Origin: Candidatus Gottesmanbacteria bacterium | GTDB lineage: Bacteria; Patescibacteriota; Microgenomatia; UBA10105; UBA927 | Assembly (NCBI GenBank): GCA_963711735.1 | Contig: CAVQFA010000005.1 | Span: 71,525-135,524 of the forward strand | Length of the DNA: 64,000 nucleotides | Direction of reading: 5' to 3' | In this document: positions 18,602 through 27,429 of the stretch, one piece after another | Layout: every line of letters begins with the position of its first letter | Position numbering within the stretch: the stretch's first letter is position 1 | The notes under the pieces: generated by a model | Databases searched by the model: none | Told to the model about the DNA's origin: nothing | Seen by the model: the letters and a program-made list of their open reading frames with translations, nothing else | Made by a program: the position numbers and the translations under genes

Positions 18602-18856
18602 ATGGAACATTTTCCAAAAAACGCATCCCAAACACTTCCTCCGCATGCGAAGCTCACACACCGTGGTGTGGCGTCCCCGTGCCCCGGGCATATCGCGCTC
18701 GGTATCCAGTCAGATGTGGGCGTATGGTACGCACACTGTGGTAAATGTAAGGGATACTTTGTCTATATACCGAAAAAAGATATCTGGGTAGAAGAGGAAA
18801 TTTTTGAAAAGTCGCTTCAGAAAGAAACACCGCTTGATCTGCTGGCAATGTTGTAG
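18602..18856 (+). CDS. small putative Zn-binding protein
   Basis: CPGH...HCGKC. Confidence 0.4.
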   Translation: MEHFPKNASQTLPPHAKLTHRGVASPCPGHIALGIQSDVGVWYAHCGKCKGYFVYIPKKDIWVEEEIFEKSLQKETPLDLLAML

Positions 18857-18963
18857 GGTGGGTTTGTACCTCATACACCCGGTTATTTTATATTTTTTGC
18901 CTTTTTTCCCGTTTAGAAGTATCATTGCCGGATAACGAAATCTTTGGAAATTAAGGATACAAT

Positions 18964-21201
18964 ATGAGTCCGGAGTGTAAAAAAGAGATAAAACCACGCA
19001 TTACTTCGCGGTATTTGATAGACCGGTGGAATTCTGATGAACCAATCCCCGAACATCTTTGCGATGCCGTTGATAGTTTCCGTATGCTTGAGGCATCTTT
19101 CGGAGACAGATTTTCCCAAGATGAAAGAAACGATATACGTCTTGCATATTACCTTACCCTTGAGCTTACCGGAAATCCGAATAAAATGCGGAATGACGGA
19201 CATTCTTTACCGTGGCATGCGGTGTCTGTTGCAACCAAAACATTCCGTCTGGGAGGAAATCGGGATGAGGTCATTACTGCGCTTCTCCATGATACTGCCG
19301 AAGACACGACTATCATGGAACCAAAAGACGTTATTCAGCTTATAACGGAACTGTTCAATGAAGACATATCCCGGTATGTCGATGCGCTGACCAAAGTACG
19401 ATCAAAAAAATTAGACAGAACAAATATTCTCCAAACCCACGAGAAAATTCTCAGGCTTCTTGAGATTAATCCTCGTATCGGAGCAATTAAAACCGGCGGT
19501 GACCGGATCGATTTTATGGAAACACGTGAGAGTATGACCCCTGCAGACAGATTAAAAAAAGCCTATGAAACACTGAAAGTATTAGTGCCTCTTGCGCATG
19601 GACTGGGGCTTCGGGATATTGAGTTTAGTCTTGCAAATTCTGCACTTGCAGACATCTCTGAGTTTGTCTTTGAAGGAACATTACAACCCCGTGTACCGGT
19701 TGAGGAATATGAAAAAGTGAAAAAACGGTTTGAAAAGAAGTGCAAAGGTTTACGTGAAGGGTTATATGATGAACACGCCAGTCAGATCCGTATACCGTGG
19801 CTTTGGGATGGTGTCAGATTGCAGCAATTGGATCTGGAATTGCTTCGTGAATTGCCTCATGCGTGGCTTCCTCTCTACGTTCCGTTTGTCATACCGACAG
19901 ATCCGAAAGGGGAAAATCAACAATATATATGGGCTGCAAAAGCTATGGAAATTCTCATGTATCTGGAGGATCAGAAAGTATTGAAAAATAGTGTTATCGA
20001 TCAGTTTAATGAAGAGAGAAGATCACAAAGATCAAATATCCGTATCGATATGGAGGTTGACGGCGTACCTGTGCGTCTCATATTTCTCACAGATCAGGAA
20101 CACTGCAGGTGGCAGGCTTCGGTTATGGACACGGATTCTGCGGATAGTGTCGTCCGGGAAGCAGCGCGGGAGCGTGTAGGCAATCTCATAGACACCTACA
20201 AATCCCTCACACGGCTTTCGATGGATGTGAGACAGCAGGACCTTATCAACATTCTCATGAACGGTACGAAGAGGATAATAACCACAGAAATGAGAACAAT
20301 TGTTGTTCCGGGGCAGGCAACGGCGTTTGATGTGGGATTCCTGTTATCAAACGGAGAACATGATTTTTCCGGTATAGTGCATATAGACGGAGAACGGGTG
20401 GATCCTGGTTATGTCATACCGGAGGGAAGAGTTATTGAAGTTGTATATAACGGCAGAAGTCAAAAGAATAGGCTTCAGGCTGAGTGGGTTTCTTATGCCA
20501 AAAGTCCGATGGTACGACGGGCACTTCTTGAACGGATGACAGCCAAACTGCAATATGAGTTACTCTCTAATGAACGGTATATCAACGAGACGACGCTTGC
20601 TTATGCTCTCAAAAAACGCGGGGCAAGTGTTCTTGAAAGACTGTTTACGTTACTGGCAAAAGAAGAGGGACTGCCGGTGTCCAAACTCCTTCTTCCTATA
20701 GAAATAGCCCCGATTGTTCAATCATCCGACCCGGAAGTTGAATTTCCGTTTCTGGATATTGGTTCTCCGGTTGCAGAGGATCTCAACGTAAAAGTGAGCG
20801 GAATACTTATACGTATCGGACTTGCCGCAAAGGGGTATAGAGTCGATGAAGCCAGAACCGGATTTCCATGGAGATTAGCACATGAACTCGTCGCACTTCA
20901 AAAGAAAGCACCATATGCATATATCGACATACCAAACAGAGAAGGTACAGAACACATATGTGAAAGTGTTCTTCGAAAACACGGTTTACCTCTCGCTTCG
21001 ATTCTTCTTGAAACACTCCAGCACATTACAGGGTCAGGGAGACTGCATATCACTCTCATACCGGATGAAAGAACTTTCACGAAGTTAGCAAAAATGGGAG
21101 GATGGGACGCTCTTATTAGTGAAATGCAGGGAAAAATAGATATTATGCATAAGCAAATACCGGAAAGAAACAAATCTCATGTCAATATTCAGATTCCGTA
21201 A
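18964..21201 (+). CDS. divergent RelA/SpoT homologue (HD hydrolase + degenerate synthetase + TGS + ACT-like)
   Basis: RNDGHSLPWH, ALLHDTAEDT, VDALTK, AYETLKVLVPLAHGLG; PGQATAFD TGS-like motif. Confidence 0.75.
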   Translation: MSPECKKEIKPRITSRYLIDRWNSDEPIPEHLCDAVDSFRMLEASFGDRFSQDERNDIRLAYYLTLELTGNPNKMRNDGHSLPWHAVSVATKTFRLGGNRDEVITALLHDTAEDTTIMEPKDVIQLITELFNEDISRYVDALTKVRSKKLDRTNILQTHEKILRLLEINPRIGAIKTGGDRIDFMETRESMTPADRLKKAYETLKVLVPLAHGLGLRDIEFSLANSALADISEFVFEGTLQPRVPVEEYEKVKKRFEKKCKGLREGLYDEHASQIRIPWLWDGVRLQQLDLELLRELPHAWLPLYVPFVIPTDPKGENQQYIWAAKAMEILMYLEDQKVLKNSVIDQFNEERRSQRSNIRIDMEVDGVPVRLIFLTDQEHCRWQASVMDTDSADSVVREAARERVGNLIDTYKSLTRLSMDVRQQDLINILMNGTKRIITTEMRTIVVPGQATAFDVGFLLSNGEHDFSGIVHIDGERVDPGYVIPEGRVIEVVYNGRSQKNRLQAEWVSYAKSPMVRRALLERMTAKLQYELLSNERYINETTLAYALKKRGASVLERLFTLLAKEEGLPVSKLLLPIEIAPIVQSSDPEVEFPFLDIGSPVAEDLNVKVSGILIRIGLAAKGYRVDEARTGFPWRLAHELVALQKKAPYAYIDIPNREGTEHICESVLRKHGLPLASILLETLQHITGSGRLHITLIPDERTFTKLAKMGGWDALISEMQGKIDIMHKQIPERNKSHVNIQIP

Positions 21202-21263
21202 AAGCATAAACAAGATACCCCGTCATAAGCAAACATTTGAAAAACTGTGGGTTAATAAGGAAT

Positions 21264-21923
21264 TTAGATTATCAGCTCCAGTGACCGGAAGATAGGAAGG
21301 ATGATTTCAAAAGGAAGTCCGATCACGTTTGTATAGCTTCCGTCAATTTTTGTTATCAGATCCCAAGGTGCTTCATTGAGTGAATATGCAGCCGCGGCGC
21401 GCGTGAAGTCATACCGCGTCACATACTGGTCAAGCTCGGATGCGGAGAGCTTGCCGAATGTCACTTTCGTCGACTCGGACTTTTCCCAGCGTTTTTTCAC
21501 CTGCCAACCGGCCTCCACATACGCAGCAGCAACTGCTGTTGTGAATGTATGGGTTTTTTCCATAAGCTCTTTGATCATCGCACGGGCATTTTCACGGTCC
21601 GTGGGTTTGCCGTATGTTTTTTTGCCGATAATTGCCATGGAGTCTGCGGCGATAACCAGATTGTGGATTTTTTCATCCATGAGGTATGCACGGGGTGATT
21701 TGAGGATGGCGTCAAGCTTTGCAGATGCACGTTTTTTAATCGTTGAAGTAGGATCGCTTCCCACTACCAAATCTTCATCGATGCGTGACACAACAACGCG
21801 GAACCTGATTCCGAGCTTCTCAAGGAGATGTTTTCTCCCGGATGACTGGGATGCAAGCGTGATGTGTTTGGGTATGGGGAGGGCTGCTAACTGGCTTTTG
21901 GATGAGGTGAAAGATAAGTTCAT
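21264..21923 (-). CDS. maf: Maf family nucleotide pyrophosphatase
   Basis: LASQSSGRKHLL, IAADS, GKP, IDGSYTNVIGLP. Confidence 0.9.
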   Translation of the reverse strand: MNLSFTSSKSQLAALPIPKHITLASQSSGRKHLLEKLGIRFRVVVSRIDEDLVVGSDPTSTIKKRASAKLDAILKSPRAYLMDEKIHNLVIAADSMAIIGKKTYGKPTDRENARAMIKELMEKTHTFTTAVAAAYVEAGWQVKKRWEKSESTKVTFGKLSASELDQYVTRYDFTRAAAAYSLNEAPWDLITKIDGSYTNVIGLPFEIILPIFRSLELII

Positions 21924-22009
21924 AATATGTGGTATTATACCTGTTTTGTGGGTAGGATGGAAGGGAGGGAAAAGGGAGGTTTGATAAACAGTACCGATGG
22001 TCTAGTATG

Positions 22010-22082
22010 TCGGGATGGACGGATTTGAACCGTCGACCTCACGGTCCCGAACCGTGCGTTCTACCAACTGAACTACATCCCG
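22010..22082 (-). tRNA. tRNA-Pro(CGG)
   Basis: CGGGATG/CATCCCG acceptor stem, CACGG-TT-CGG-GA-CCGTG anticodon arm, GACGG-TTCAAAT-CCGTC T arm. Confidence 0.95.
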
Positions 22083-22090
22083 AAAATATT

Positions 22091-22129
22091 CTAAGTTACT
22101 TAAGATACTTAAGTTTCTTAAGTGACTTA
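22091..22129. repeat. degenerate 9-bp tandem repeat upstream of the four-helix-bundle gene; a second tract lies inside the gene at ~22481-22520
   Basis: CTAAGTTAC TTAAGATAC TTAAGTTTC TTAAGTGAC; internal ATAAGTGAC ATAAGTAAC TTAAGTGAC TTAGGTTGC. Confidence 0.8.
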
Positions 22130-22144
22130 TGGTATTCTGATTTT

Positions 22145-22696
22145 ATGTTGCCAAAGTACAAGTATCTTTTGACGTACCGGTATGGTGAAATTATACATGA
22201 TCTGACAGTGGAATTCTGCAGCCAGTTTCTGTCAGAACGGGAATATCAGCGTACCAGAGAGCAGATGATCCAGGCGGCACGATCAGGAAAACAGAATATC
22301 GTGGAAGGTATAGAAGATGCGAGAACTTCGAAAAAAATGGAGATTAAACTCCTCGGTGTAGCACGTGCGTCCTTAGAAGAGCTCATTATGGATTATGAAG
22401 ATTTTCTCCGTCAACGAAAGCTATCCATATGGTCTAAAGACGATATAAAAGTAGAGAAACTCCGGCATTATTGCTATAGAATAAGTGACATAAGTAACTT
22501 AAGTGACTTAGGTTGCTTAAAAGAGCAAGCAACTCTTCCACCTAAGAAGGAAGTAGCTGCAAACCTTCTCCTCACGCTCTGTCATCTCGCAAGCTTTCTT
22601 TTATCAAAACAAATAACGAAAGCAGAAACAGACTTTGTCACGAACGGTGGATATACCGAAACCTTGTTTAAAAAACGATTGAAAGCTAGAATATAG
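22145..22696 (+). CDS. four-helix-bundle protein (23S rRNA IVP/bAvd-like) with suffix domain
   Basis: QMIQAARSGKQNIVEG, ARASLEELIMDYEDFLRQR, FVTNGGYTETLFKKR. Confidence 0.9.
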   Translation: MLPKYKYLLTYRYGEIIHDLTVEFCSQFLSEREYQRTREQMIQAARSGKQNIVEGIEDARTSKKMEIKLLGVARASLEELIMDYEDFLRQRKLSIWSKDDIKVEKLRHYCYRISDISNLSDLGCLKEQATLPPKKEVAANLLLTLCHLASFLLSKQITKAETDFVTNGGYTETLFKKRLKARI

Positions 22697-22740
22697 GAGC
22701 TCCGGCGGCGTATCGGTTTAACTTGCCGGAGACTACGCGT

Positions 22741-22814
22741 GCCGATGTAGCTCAACTGGATAGAGCAGACCCGTCCTAAGGGTAAGGTTGGGAGTCCGAC
22801 TCTCCCCATCGGTA
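22741..22814 (+). tRNA. tRNA-Arg(CCT), slightly atypical
   Basis: GCCGATG/CATCGGT acceptor stem, GCTC/GAGC D stem, ACCC-GTCCTAA-GGGT, T loop TCCGACT. Confidence 0.85.
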
Positions 22815-22833
22815 CAAAGTTTTGACGGGCAGG

Positions 22834-22869
22834 AGGGTAAGATTAGAGGTTCAAATCCTCTCGGGGGTA
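22834..22869 (+). pseudogene. orphan 3' half of a second tRNA (Arg-like)
   Basis: AGGGTAAG shared with tRNA-Arg, then AGAGG-TTCAAAT-CCTCT T arm and CGGGGGT-A acceptor strand. Confidence 0.7.
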
Positions 22870-22961
22870 CTTATACAGATATATTCCTCTGATATATCTC
22901 TCATAACAAAATAAAAGACTTTCCGGTTTTGATTTTTTCCCGTTATCATGAGGATATGTTA

Positions 22962-23783
22962 CTATTTCGTTAAAACCGAGGTAAGTGAAGCTAGTATTGG
23001 TTCAATGTATGTTGGAATCCGTGCTTCCGGTGTATATGCACTGTTTGAAGAAGGAATAATCATATGCACTATCCCATTCTGAACATAAACATAATGATTT
23101 CCGGTCTTTGTTCCGTTTGGAGCTCCACGTTCATCATAGTTGGGGGTTTGAACTGTCATCTCCAGGTAGCTTGATGAATTCAGAGGTTTTTCCCTGACGC
23201 TTAATATTTTATCGGTACTTTGCTTTTCCGAAAGGCGTTTTTTATACCATTCCCTGCGTGAACCCCCGGTATAATGATTTTTTAATACACCATTGTTATC
23301 TGCGTAAACCGATGTTGAATAATCCCATACTTCCGATGTGTCTAAGTCGTTTTGGATAATTGATTCAGAACCCGTAAATCTGAAAGAAAATCCATCCGGC
23401 ATTGCCATTGTCGTCCTGATTCCGAATTCCTGATCATCTGATGTATATTTTTTCCATGTAGAAGGAACAGATATTATTTTTGGTGTTGTTAAGGGTTTTT
23501 CCGATACTAATGGTTCACCGGTTGGAGATTGTATTATTGCCGGGGATTGTGTTCCCGTTGGAGAAACCGTGTTTATATTTTCAACATTTTCTTTACTTTG
23601 TTTCTGTATTCCGAGAGAATATCCTGCTATCCCAAACAAGAGGAAACCGAGCAATATACCACTGACTGTAATCAGTTTTTTTGATAAAACATTACCTTCA
23701 GATGCGTTGGATGTAGTGTGTAAAGGTTGGTTCGCTTGAGGAATATCGGTCGAACGCAATTGTTCTTCAGTTTCCTTATCCAT
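22962..23783 (-). CDS. single-pass membrane protein with SPT linker and extracellular domain
   Basis: TM ITVSGILLGFLLFGIAGYSLG, SPTG repeats, TWKKY motif. Confidence 0.7.
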   Translation of the reverse strand: MDKETEEQLRSTDIPQANQPLHTTSNASEGNVLSKKLITVSGILLGFLLFGIAGYSLGIQKQSKENVENINTVSPTGTQSPAIIQSPTGEPLVSEKPLTTPKIISVPSTWKKYTSDDQEFGIRTTMAMPDGFSFRFTGSESIIQNDLDTSEVWDYSTSVYADNNGVLKNHYTGGSRREWYKKRLSEKQSTDKILSVREKPLNSSSYLEMTVQTPNYDERGAPNGTKTGNHYVYVQNGIVHMIIPSSNSAYTPEARIPTYIEPILASLTSVLTK

Positions 23784-23855
23784 ATGAAATCATTATCACA
23801 CGAAATTTACATTGTTGCAACAATATTCTTGAATGTTTTTTACGTACGAAGAAAA

Positions 23856-24058
23856 GTTCCAATATCGTTCCAACAAGTGTACTAAAGATGCTTTCAAGGG
23901 TGTAGGGTTTTTATTTAGATCAAAAAGGAAGACCCAATTCCGTGTTTCTCATATTTCCGTCATTACATACAATCTAATGCACTCTTAAACACCTCTTATT
24001 TTAAAGGTGATTTATTAGTAATATTGATACGTTCCAGTATCGTTCCAACAGCTGTACT
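23856..24058. repeat. 28-bp imperfect direct repeat (23856-23883, 24031-24058), each copy containing GTTC-N7-GTTC
   Basis: GTTCCAATATCGTTCCAACAAGTGTACT versus GTTCCAGTATCGTTCCAACAGCTGTACT. Confidence 0.7.
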
Positions 24059-24360
24059 GACGTTTTTTATAATCAGTTAAACTGATTATTTTCTCAGAAG
24101 AAATTACAGAATATTTTTACAATAATTAGTGAATTTTATCGTCACGTTGATCTGTGTCCATATGTATGTTTATCCTTCAAAGTGATTATACTTTATGAAT
24201 ATGGGAATATGATGAATGCCTAAAGACCGACTATTATATATCAGTTTTTTGATACATCCATTCCGTCTTCCTTATTTCAGTGTGTTTGTTAATAGATAAT
24301 ATAATTCTTATTTGACATTACACAGAAAAGGAAATACCGTGTGTTTAGAAGGTAATTACT

Positions 24361-25253
24361 ATGGCTGACAATTCACGTTTTACCAAGAAAAAGACAAATG
24401 CAGTGTCACTTCCCATTATTCCGATCATACTGATGGCGATTTTGACGCTTGCAGTCATTTATATGGAGCGGAGCAACCTGACTCTTGACGGTCGTTCCTG
24501 GGCGAAGCGAAAACGGATAACACCGACACCTTTGCAGACGCCTATTCCCTCGCCGGATACCAAGTTCACGATTAATTCCAGTACTACGGACAGCTGAAGA
24601 CCCGCCTTATAAACGGTGACAGGGCGTATGCAGTTGCTATCCGAAGCGAAGCCAATACACCGGTACCGTCGTATAAAGTGACGGCAGCGCTGAGCGCTCT
24701 GGATGCGGTAAAGGCGGATAACCCCGGCATACAGACATCTATCGCATTTTCGTCTGTCGCGGATATCAGTACGTATATAGGCATAATACCAACGACTGTT
24801 GACGGCATCAGTTGGAACATGGAACGCGGGATGACACCTGATTCTGAATTAAACCCGACTGTTATTTCCCAGTCAATACAGAATCTTGTATCCATCGTAC
24901 GACCCTGGGGATTTAAAGTGTCCTGGGGACCGACATCTGCATATATAGAAGCGATGGAAACGAATAAGCGCGCGAGTATCCTTGCTCAGGTCGACGGGCT
25001 CGGTTTGCAGTTCCAGAAGCTTCTCGAGACCATGCAGGGAGATGCATTTGAATCTGCTGCAATGCAACGGATAAATACCTATAAAGCGGCAAACCCAAAT
25101 CTTGATATCATGGTCCAGTTTGTGGCCGGGAGAAACCCGACGCAGTATATAGTGGACGCATCCAACCGGCTGCAGGGGGATGTAGGCACTATTGTCCTAT
25201 TCTCCACAAATGATGCGCAGGCGATCATCGAAGTTCTCGATGCGATGCGGTGA
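24361..25253 (+). pseudogene. membrane-anchored protein gene split by a 1-nt frameshift near 24576
   Basis: The TM+PTP-linker ORF stops at 24597, while the downstream frame is open from 24576 (FQYYGQLK...) into ORF 24678..25253. Confidence 0.65.
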
Positions 25254-25274
25254 GATGTGCGTTTTCGTTCATCA

Positions 25275-25466
25275 TTATCGAGCATGTGCGTGCGGTAAGA
25301 CATGCGGAGATATGATCAATTGCGGTACATCCGGTAGTATTGGCGCCTGAGGCGGTCCTTTTCTTTGTACCGGTGGTTCCGGTACGGGAATAAGTCTTTT
25401 CCCCTGATCAATATGATACGAAGGTATTGGTGGTGGTAAATATCGACCGAGTTGTTCCGGTGGCAT
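25275..25466 (-). CDS. small Pro-rich hypothetical protein
   Basis: 63-aa ORF preceded by a TACT..ATG short leader. Confidence 0.35.
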   Translation of the reverse strand: MPPEQLGRYLPPPIPSYHIDQGKRLIPVPEPPVQRKGPPQAPILPDVPQLIISPHVLPHAHAR

Positions 25467-25568
25467 AGTATTAGCATGATCATAAAATAGTCATGTACGG
25501 ACTGCAAGAGAGAATTCAAACACCGTTACTCATTGAAAAAAGAAAAAGGGATGATAAAATAGTGTTTT

Positions 25569-25913
25569 ATGTCACACGAAAAATTTCAAGCGCATCCTAT
25601 ACATCTGGCAATTAAATTCTGGGAACTGCATGCAGGGTACACCACAGACCTTACCATAGAAGAAACTGCAGAACTGTATGGTGTCGGACCTAAAACGGTT
25701 AAAGAATGGATACGGAGGCAGAGTGACCAGGTGTTTTTGGATGATAACGAATGTATCGCAGTCATTCCTGAAGCGATGCTGACATGCGGGGCAGGATCTG
25801 CGCGGGATCATGGTCTTGTTAATATGGACGGTAGTGACCCAATTGACTCAAGAAAAAGAAAACGCCGACAACTTCACCCGGAAAACCCCTACACCAAAAG
25901 AATTCAAAGATAG
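25569..25913 (+). CDS. helix-turn-helix DNA-binding protein
   Basis: LTIEETAELYGVGPKTVKEWIRR. Confidence 0.6.
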   Translation: MSHEKFQAHPIHLAIKFWELHAGYTTDLTIEETAELYGVGPKTVKEWIRRQSDQVFLDDNECIAVIPEAMLTCGAGSARDHGLVNMDGSDPIDSRKRKRRQLHPENPYTKRIQR

Positions 25914-25918
25914 TTATC

Positions 25919-27244
25919 CTACCGCAAATTCACGGCATACAGGTTCGGAGTGTTGCCGGCTGCAGGAGTAAAGGTCGTCAGAATCAGGATTTTGGCAGCG
26001 CTTGACCACGGGATGACAAATCCGTCTTCAAACGGTCCGGAGTAAATAGTCATGCGGTTGGTTGCATCATAATCCACAGCCTCAATTTTTCCTTTTGTTA
26101 CAATGATCAGATGGCGGGAAGTCGGTAGCCAGAATACAGGAAGAATATTTTGTGACTGAAGGGAAAAGATATCGTTTGCGGACTGCGTCTGAACCGATTG
26201 AGCCTGTTTGTTTTTGACAGGTGCCGGTTTAGGAAAACCAAGCTCATATTTATTTCCTATCGGATAGTTTCTGTCCTCTTTGATATCATACACATAGAGC
26301 GTTTCCGGTACGAGAGTGCGATTCTCTTCTGTAGGGTTTGTACCAATAAGAGGTGGTTTGATAATTTGTGGGATGGTTGCTGATGCTGTTGCCTCATACA
26401 GTATTTTAGTTTCATCCGGTGAAAATGAAAGAATACGCATTACAGGAGTGAGAGCCTGTATTGCAATAGGCTTGAGAATGGTCAGTTTTTCCTTTTCTTT
26501 TACCTGTTTGAGCTCTTCCCAGGAAACGCTCAGAGGTGCAAGGTCATACACCGGGACAGGAGAGTCATTCAACTTGTCTGCATCAAGGAGGTAGTTAGAC
26601 TGGCTAAGCGTGATGGGATGGATAACGGTAGCCAGAATATTTTTCCCGTCAGGCGACCAGATGAGCCGGGATTCGGAAAAGTCGATATAGCTGGTTTTTG
26701 CAATCTGCCGTGCATCACGGTTGATGCCCAGCGGTTTATCAACAAGATCCAAAACCCACACACCGGCCCGGCTGACAAGCGCTCCGTCTGCAGTTGCCGT
26801 TTTACCCTCAGGTATGACAAACGCGAGCCTCCCGCCGTCAGGTGAAAGCGCAGGGGATGCAACGCCTGATGTGGAAACCGCAGAGAGGGAAGGATTGGTG
26901 GGGAACAGATATGCGTCTGCCCGCGTGACGATTTCACCCTGCACACGTAAATTTTTTTCCCATGGTTGATATCCCTCTTTGGCAATTGTCGTTTTGTACC
27001 ATCCCGGAATGACATTTATAGTATTATTTGTTGCGGTTTTCAGTTCTCCGTTTATATACACCCGTGCGCCGACCGGGTCTGATGTTGCAGCGATGAGGCC
27101 TGTGGGTTTGACGGATTTTTGGGTGATGTCCAGCCGGTATCCTTTACCGTACGCAATAACTGCCGCGGATATACTCAAAATGATAAGTACCGTAACAATA
27201 GGGATCAAAAAATCGCGGATCTTTCTCAAGCTCATGTATCCCAA
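25919..27244 (-). CDS. PEGA-domain protein with beta-propeller (TolB-like) repeats
   Basis: TM, SDPVGARVYING, KEGYQPWEK, SPDG/WSPDG/FSPDE repeats. Confidence 0.85.
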   Translation of the reverse strand: MGYMSLRKIRDFLIPIVTVLIILSISAAVIAYGKGYRLDITQKSVKPTGLIAATSDPVGARVYINGELKTATNNTINVIPGWYKTTIAKEGYQPWEKNLRVQGEIVTRADAYLFPTNPSLSAVSTSGVASPALSPDGGRLAFVIPEGKTATADGALVSRAGVWVLDLVDKPLGINRDARQIAKTSYIDFSESRLIWSPDGKNILATVIHPITLSQSNYLLDADKLNDSPVPVYDLAPLSVSWEELKQVKEKEKLTILKPIAIQALTPVMRILSFSPDETKILYEATASATIPQIIKPPLIGTNPTEENRTLVPETLYVYDIKEDRNYPIGNKYELGFPKPAPVKNKQAQSVQTQSANDIFSLQSQNILPVFWLPTSRHLIIVTKGKIEAVDYDATNRMTIYSGPFEDGFVIPWSSAAKILILTTFTPAAGNTPNLYAVNLR

Positions 27245-27284
27245 TTATACCGAATTCTATGGTAGAATGCGAATAAGTTACTCT

Positions 27285-27341
27285 ATGTTTACCAAACGTA
27301 TCGGAATCGATTTAGGCACCGCTAACAGCGTTGTCTGGCTG
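27285..27341 (+). repeat. 57-nt synonymous duplicate of the mreB 5' end
   Basis: Encodes MFTKRIGIDLGTANSVVWL, identical in protein sequence to 27430-27486. Confidence 0.9.
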
Positions 27342-27429
27342 GTCCGCCGCACCTTACTGTTCGACTCATTAGATTCGTCTCACAGAGCGGTGTATAGCGG
27401 ACTGCGCCAGATTCTGTTTATATAATTAT

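Noticed and set aside
22007-22144. N-terminal extension of the four-helix-bundle ORF
   Set aside because: Overlaps tRNA-Pro antisense; family similarity starts at MLPKY (22145).
22145-22696. Diversity-generating retroelement (Avd-like gene; TR/VR = duplicated gene ends)
   Set aside because: No reverse transcriptase in the window; differences between copies are synonymous and not adenine-specific.
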